Virus record (IMG/VR): IMGVR_UViG_3300045988_114118
Reading direction: 5' to 3' (one strand)
From: a virus
DNA: 63,362 nucleotides
Of the stretch, positions 60,003-63,362 are shown piece after piece. The notes under the pieces are model-generated. The model did no database searches and was not told the origin of the DNA. It saw only the letters and a list, made by a program, of their open reading frames with translations. The position numbers were made by a program, and so were the translations under genes. Positions within the stretch are counted from its first letter, which is position 1. The number at the start of each line of letters is the position of its first letter.

Positions 60003-60033
60003 ATCCCCGCATATCCTCACGGACGGAGGGGAT
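60003..60033 (-). repeat. conserved hairpin H4 (GUGA-capped)
   Basis: atcccc/ggggat stem around gcatatcctcacggacgga; lies between the DUF4494-like CDS stop and the tRNA-like 5' end. Confidence 0.6.
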
Positions 60034-60072
60034 AAAAACTAAATCTAATACCATGAAAAACACACTCTAATA

Positions 60073-60531
60073 TTAATTATCTGTTTTGCCCTTTGGTACG
60101 CTATCAGCGTCAAACGGGAAGATGTCCATAATAAGGGTCTCGCTTACCATTGCCAAGGTATAATCCACCAAGGTCCCTTTCATATTCTCCTCGAAGCATG
60201 AGATCGCTTCCTTTAGGCCGCTCGCCTGTACTATGAATCTGGCCGCTGTTTTCTTCTCTATGCTGCTCTTCTCATCAAGCGTGATAAAATAGATCTTAAT
60301 CTCATAAAATCTATCACCGTTATCGTTAAAGAATAGTTCCGCTATCTTTTTACGTGTTATGTCGGCGATAGTGAACTCTCCGGTAATGTACGGCCTTAAT
60401 TCCTCTATCGTGCGTGCTTCAGCCTCCGTATAGGAGAGGGCATCCACTAAATAGGGTTCGACCACTCGTTTTTGCATGCCGTTCTCCAGCATCTTCTCAT
60501 ATGCGACCTTGCTAATAAACCAGTTTCTCAT
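60073..60531 (-). CDS. DUF4494-like protein
   Basis: MRNWFISKVAYEKMLENGMQKRVVEPYLVDALSYTEAEARTIEEL, pattern recalled from Bacteroidota DUF4494 proteins; ATG at 60531 preferred. Confidence 0.6.
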   Translation of the reverse strand: MRNWFISKVAYEKMLENGMQKRVVEPYLVDALSYTEAEARTIEELRPYITGEFTIADITRKKIAELFFNDNGDRFYEIKIYFITLDEKSSIEKKTAARFIVQASGLKEAISCFEENMKGTLVDYTLAMVSETLIMDIFPFDADSVPKGKTDN

Positions 60532-60538
60532 ATATACT

Positions 60539-60739
60539 TTAATAATTAATGTTATACTTCTTTCTTTCGTATTGTGGGATATACCCTTTGCAAGGGGTGT
60601 TCCCATTAAATAAGACCGATTCCGGCCTTACAGTTTCCCCATCTTTTTTAGACGGGTCTTTCCAATGTTTTTGCCGTTGATGGCAGAGGCAATGTCTTTT
60701 AGAGCATGCCTCATTGAGGCAGTATTTAAGATCTCTCAT
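60539..60739 (-). CDS. 66-aa Cys/His-rich hypothetical protein (uncertain)
   Basis: internal ATG of track ORF 60539-60814. Confidence 0.3.
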   Translation of the reverse strand: MRDLKYCLNEACSKRHCLCHQRQKHWKDPSKKDGETVRPESVLFNGNTPCKGYIPQYERKKYNINY

Positions 60740-60893
60740 TTTTCTTATAGGTTTCCAGCTTCTTGACTTCCTTTTTAAGGAGTCTGGCAGCATCCATGTA
60801 TTTGACGCTGCCATAAGGAGCGGTAATAATAATGTTGGTATGCCTCACGATCTTATCTATAAGATAATTTGGAGGCCTGTCACTTTTTCTCAT
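60726..60893 (-). CDS. 55-aa hypothetical protein
   Basis: hand-translated MRKSDRPPNYLIDKIVRHTNIIITAPYGSVKYMDAARLLKKEVKKLETYKKNERS; starts 3 nt after the upstream stop. Confidence 0.4.
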   Translation of the reverse strand: MRKSDRPPNYLIDKIVRHTNIIITAPYGSVKYMDAARLLKKEVKKLETYKKNERS

Positions 60894-60895
60894 GA

Positions 60896-61330
60896 CTAAA
60901 AATTCGAAAGGTTTCTCATGAAATCGTATTCGGATATATCACGAAGGAATACCGAGAAAAGCACGTCCTTCACACGCTCGTAGAGATCCATGAACTCGGC
61001 CTCGTCCATCTTGTCGAAGGCTATCGACTTCGGGACCTCTATCCATTCCTTACGTGATATGCTATAGGCCGTATCGCAATGCCCGGCGGCGATCTCGACG
61101 GTCTTCCGGAAACACTCCACGCTCTCCTTGAAATGCGCCGTGGTCTTCTCGTTCTGGTAAGACCATGCGCAATTTATCAAGGCGAAATACTTCCTATGGA
61201 AATCAATGTTCCGTGCCAGTGTTATCTTGGCCTTGTATATCTTGCCTAGCTTGAGCTTTTTCTTCTCGTCATAGTCGGAATCATAGCATGGCCTCAATCC
61301 GCCGGCTGTGTTGAGCAAGTATAGTTCCAT
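60896..61330 (-). CDS. hypothetical protein (possibly DUF1367-like)
   Basis: track ORF of 144 aa; the family guess comes from the ARNIDFHRKYFALINCAW segment only. Confidence 0.55.
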   Translation of the reverse strand: MELYLLNTAGGLRPCYDSDYDEKKKLKLGKIYKAKITLARNIDFHRKYFALINCAWSYQNEKTTAHFKESVECFRKTVEIAAGHCDTAYSISRKEWIEVPKSIAFDKMDEAEFMDLYERVKDVLFSVFLRDISEYDFMRNLSNF

Positions 61331-61332
61331 GG

Positions 61333-61641
61333 TCAGAACGGCAATCCATCGTCTTCTCCAACCGATGGGGCGTTGTTGATATCCTCCGGTGAGGGGATAT
61401 TGCTCTTGAACGTGGATTCCATCAAGTCACCTATGCCATAATAAACGCCTTCCTTTCGCTCCTCTTTCCTTGGGGCGCAAGACACATAATGCGTATAGGT
61501 GCGGTTGTCGAACGTGACAGGCTCTTTTTTCTCCCCGATCGAGATATTGAGGAAGATCTTCTCTCCCTTGGCCGTCATTACTTTTTTCATCAACTCCTTC
61601 GGTATGTCGCTCAAGCATATTGAGCCGTATAAATTTGCCAT
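61333..61641 (-). CDS. putative ssDNA-binding protein with an SSB-type acidic C-terminal tip
   Basis: ends ...GEDDGLPF, like the bacterial SSB tip DDDIPF; located next to ERF. Confidence 0.5.
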   Translation of the reverse strand: MANLYGSICLSDIPKELMKKVMTAKGEKIFLNISIGEKKEPVTFDNRTYTHYVSCAPRKEERKEGVYYGIGDLMESTFKSNIPSPEDINNAPSVGEDDGLPF

Positions 61642-61643
61642 AT

Positions 61644-62123
61644 TTATTGTTTATTAAAAGTTATAGAGTAACTGGTTTTTGCCATCCGTATCGCCGGATG
61701 GATCGTGTATATCTCTCCGGTCTCGTCATCAATGACCGTGGTATTATCCGGCACCGTCTTCAGGAACGCCTCCCGTTCTTTTATCTTGGCATCGAGAAGC
61801 AGCCTTTCCTCGATCAGCCTAGCGTAGACCGGATCATTGCAATTGGAGTGGTCGTAGGATACGCCTGTCTCCTTTATCTTGACCGTGGCCCCGTTCCAAG
61901 AGCGCTCCTTCCCGTATTTCTCGATCTCGGAAAGGACAGCGTCCTTCATCCGGTCATCGTCCAGCGTCCTCTTGATGGTCTCTTGCATCGCCTTTAACTT
62001 GACGACGTGTGATACGGGATCTACCTCACCTTCCAGTACCGGGTTCAAAAGGTCTATGGATAAAGCCTCGATATCGCTTTTCGTTAGCGGGGTCTTGCCG
62101 CTTAGCTCTAGTTCTTTGCTCAT
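61644..62123 (-). CDS. hypothetical protein
   Basis: track ORF of 159 aa. Confidence 0.6.
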   Translation of the reverse strand: MSKELELSGKTPLTKSDIEALSIDLLNPVLEGEVDPVSHVVKLKAMQETIKRTLDDDRMKDAVLSEIEKYGKERSWNGATVKIKETGVSYDHSNCNDPVYARLIEERLLLDAKIKEREAFLKTVPDNTTVIDDETGEIYTIHPAIRMAKTSYSITFNKQ

Positions 62124-62758
62124 GACAGGTTATTGTTTATTTTATAGTTGTTGTATATCTCGATAATGGATTCCATTTCCACCTTTCCGACGATGTAGGA
62201 CTTGTTTATAAGGCTCTCCACGGAGAAAGACTGGTTGGATTCCTTGGCCTTCTTCTCGTTCTTGTATATCCACTTAGATATGGATTCCATGGCACTCTCA
62301 TTGTTTATGTGATCTCTCGTAAGCTCTTTCTTCTCGTTGGAGTTAGCCTTTTTAGGCTGCTCCTTTTGGGCGGTATTACCGCTCGCTATGTTTGCGTCAT
62401 CGTCATCGTCAATATTCAAGCATAGTATTGCGCCTATGGCATATCTTCGTTGGTAGGTAATACAAGATCCTACACCTTGAGGATCGTTCTTAGAAGGCCT
62501 CATTGAGTATGTTGAGCTAATATACTCTCCGGAAATATGCATCAATATCGTCTCAAGCTCGTTCTCACCTGTTGGCATCTGTGTTATCGATAACCCGCAC
62601 TCAGATAACGGAGATTGGATCACGTCCAATATGTTTGCCAACGATGCGTACTTGCTTTTGAAAAAAGGATTATTGCTATCCTTTTTTATTTTGCCTACCT
62701 TTTTTTGAAACTCGCAAAGGGCGTTGGCTATTTCCTTTATAGAATCAGATCTTTCCAT
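62120..62758 (-). CDS. erf: ERF-family single-strand annealing protein
   Basis: IKEIANALCEFQKKVGKIKKDSNNPFFKSKYASLANILDVIQSPLSECGLSITQ; ATG at 62758 preferred over the 62989 extension. Confidence 0.7.
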   Translation of the reverse strand: MERSDSIKEIANALCEFQKKVGKIKKDSNNPFFKSKYASLANILDVIQSPLSECGLSITQMPTGENELETILMHISGEYISSTYSMRPSKNDPQGVGSCITYQRRYAIGAILCLNIDDDDDANIASGNTAQKEQPKKANSNEKKELTRDHINNESAMESISKWIYKNEKKAKESNQSFSVESLINKSYIVGKVEMESIIEIYNNYKINNNLS

Positions 62759-62776
62759 ATTATTTATTTTTGTTTC

Positions 62777-62936
62777 GTCAGCCTCCGGGAGTCGAACCCG
62801 GACTAAGACCATCGGCCGCCCTTCCCTCACTACCGTGTCCCTTTCCACCGGGCCAATGATATCGTCATGGCCTACCACTTGTCTAGGATATCGGTTGCCG
62901 GTCTGGGTCGGGGTTGCACCTCGTAAGGGCGGGATG
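62777..62936 (-). ncRNA. GC-rich structured RNA-like element ending in a tRNA-type T arm
   Basis: T arm CCGGG/UUCGACU/CCCGG (62785-62801); 8-bp long-range pair 62816-23/62925-32; hairpin 62851-72; no matching 5' acceptor strand. Confidence 0.35.
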
Positions 62937-63068
62937 TTACCAATTATATGAATCACATAGGAACCTAAGCTCCTCCATGCTCTCCTCATATTCCTCGTTG
63001 TCTTCCTCCCCGTCGTACTCCGGTTCGCCGTCGGGGTCTTTGATGTAGATGTCTCTCATGCTCTCCAT
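62937..63068 (-). CDS. 43-aa acidic hypothetical protein
   Basis: hand-translated MESMRDIYIKDPDGEPEYDGEEDNEEYEESMEELRFLCDSYNW. Confidence 0.4.
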   Translation of the reverse strand: MESMRDIYIKDPDGEPEYDGEEDNEEYEESMEELRFLCDSYNW

Positions 63069-63088
63069 CGATAAGCAAGGAATTGAAT

Positions 63089-63362
63089 TTATTCGATCTC
63101 GATAATCTCGAATTTTCCTTTCTTTATATATATCTTATGATTGTAGTAATCTTTGACTATTCCATGATCGGAAACTGCATTTATGTTCCCAGTGCAATCC
63201 TCAACATATGAGTTATCGTAAGCCTTGACCGTGGCATAGCCGTAAGCCTCGACCGTGGCAGAGCCGTAAGCCTCGACCGTGGCAGAGTCGCAAGCCTCGA
63301 CCGTGGCAGAGTCGCAAGCCTCGACCGTGGCAGAGCCGTAAGCCTTGACCGTGGCAGAGCCG
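63089..63362 (-). CDS. octapeptide-repeat protein, C-terminal part (continues from 1-316)
   Basis: repeats ...SATVEAYG/SATVEACD... then YDNSYVEDCTGNINAVSDHGIVKDYYNHKIYIKKGKFEIIEIE, stop at 63089-63091. Confidence 0.7.
   Translation of the reverse strand, partial: GSATVKAYGSATVEACDSATVEACDSATVEAYGSATVEAYGYATVKAYDNSYVEDCTGNINAVSDHGIVKDYYNHKIYIKKGKFEIIEIE
63218..63362. repeat. 24-bp tandem repeat array (6 full units plus a partial unit past the junction)
   Basis: units gtaagcctcgaccgtggcagagcc with a few substitutions; coding (8-aa period). Confidence 0.95.

Noticed and set aside
62759-62989. N-terminal 77-aa extension of the ERF ORF (track start at 62989)
   Set aside because: The extension is R/G/P-rich and non-protein-like. 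It overlaps the 43-aa ORF and covers the GC-rich tRNA-arm-containing element. ERF homology begins at the Met at 62758.
63218-63362. Possible CRISPR array (regular 24-bp repeats)
   Set aside because: The units are directly adjacent with no spacers, and they lie in frame inside an ORF (8-aa repeats). This is a coding tandem repeat, not a CRISPR.

Overview
This window reads as one complete, circularly closed temperate dsDNA phage genome. The unique length is about 63.3 kb: nt 1-50 are identical to 63313-63362, and one ORF closes in frame across that junction. The host is probably a Bacteroidota. This is inference from a tRNA-targeting tyrosine integrase with a Bacteroidota-style N-terminus, near absence of Shine-Dalgarno sequences, TAnnTTTG-like promoter boxes and a DUF4494-like gene.

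Layout:
- 2.4-5.0 kb: lysogeny switch. It holds a CI/LexA-like repressor, palindromic operators, an attP that copies the 3' half of a tRNA-Arg(UCU) gene, and the integrase.
- 4.9-6.6 kb: small cargo genes.
- 6.6-19.0 kb (+): a three-gene operon ending in a 3,498-aa multi-domain 'polyvalent' protein with pyrophosphatase-like, ART-like, HExxH and C-terminal membrane modules.
- 19.1-22.5 kb: a membrane J-domain protein, a roughly 700-bp structured non-coding region, and a KilA-N protein.
- 22.5-27.6 kb (-): packaging and portal genes (TerS-like, rhomboid-like protease, TerL, portal).
- 27.7-39.6 kb (+): scaffold, major capsid, connector proteins, a set of tail fibres, and holin/amidase lysis genes.
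- 40.2-41.9 kb: an AT-rich cassette of GHKL-ATPase, STAS-like (DUF4325-type) protein and a 53-aa ORF.
- 42.0-45.6 kb (+): more presumed virion genes.
- 45.6-63.4 kb, wrapping to 1-2.4 kb (-): a long early operon. It carries the antirepressor, Dam methylase, DnaB, HNH and VRR-NUC nucleases, ERF recombinase and an SSB-like protein. Embedded in it are tRNA and tRNA-like elements and structured leaders.

Most unusual items:
- the giant polyvalent protein
- tRNA-like minigenes that lack an anticodon arm
- a GC-rich RNA-like element with a tRNA T-arm upstream of ERF
- a rhomboid-like protease inside the head module
- the GHKL/STAS cassette
- two paralogous small membrane proteins whose start codons are sequestered by leader hairpins

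All calls were made by eye from the sequence and ORF track. No searches were run, and hand-derived coordinates may be off by a few nt.
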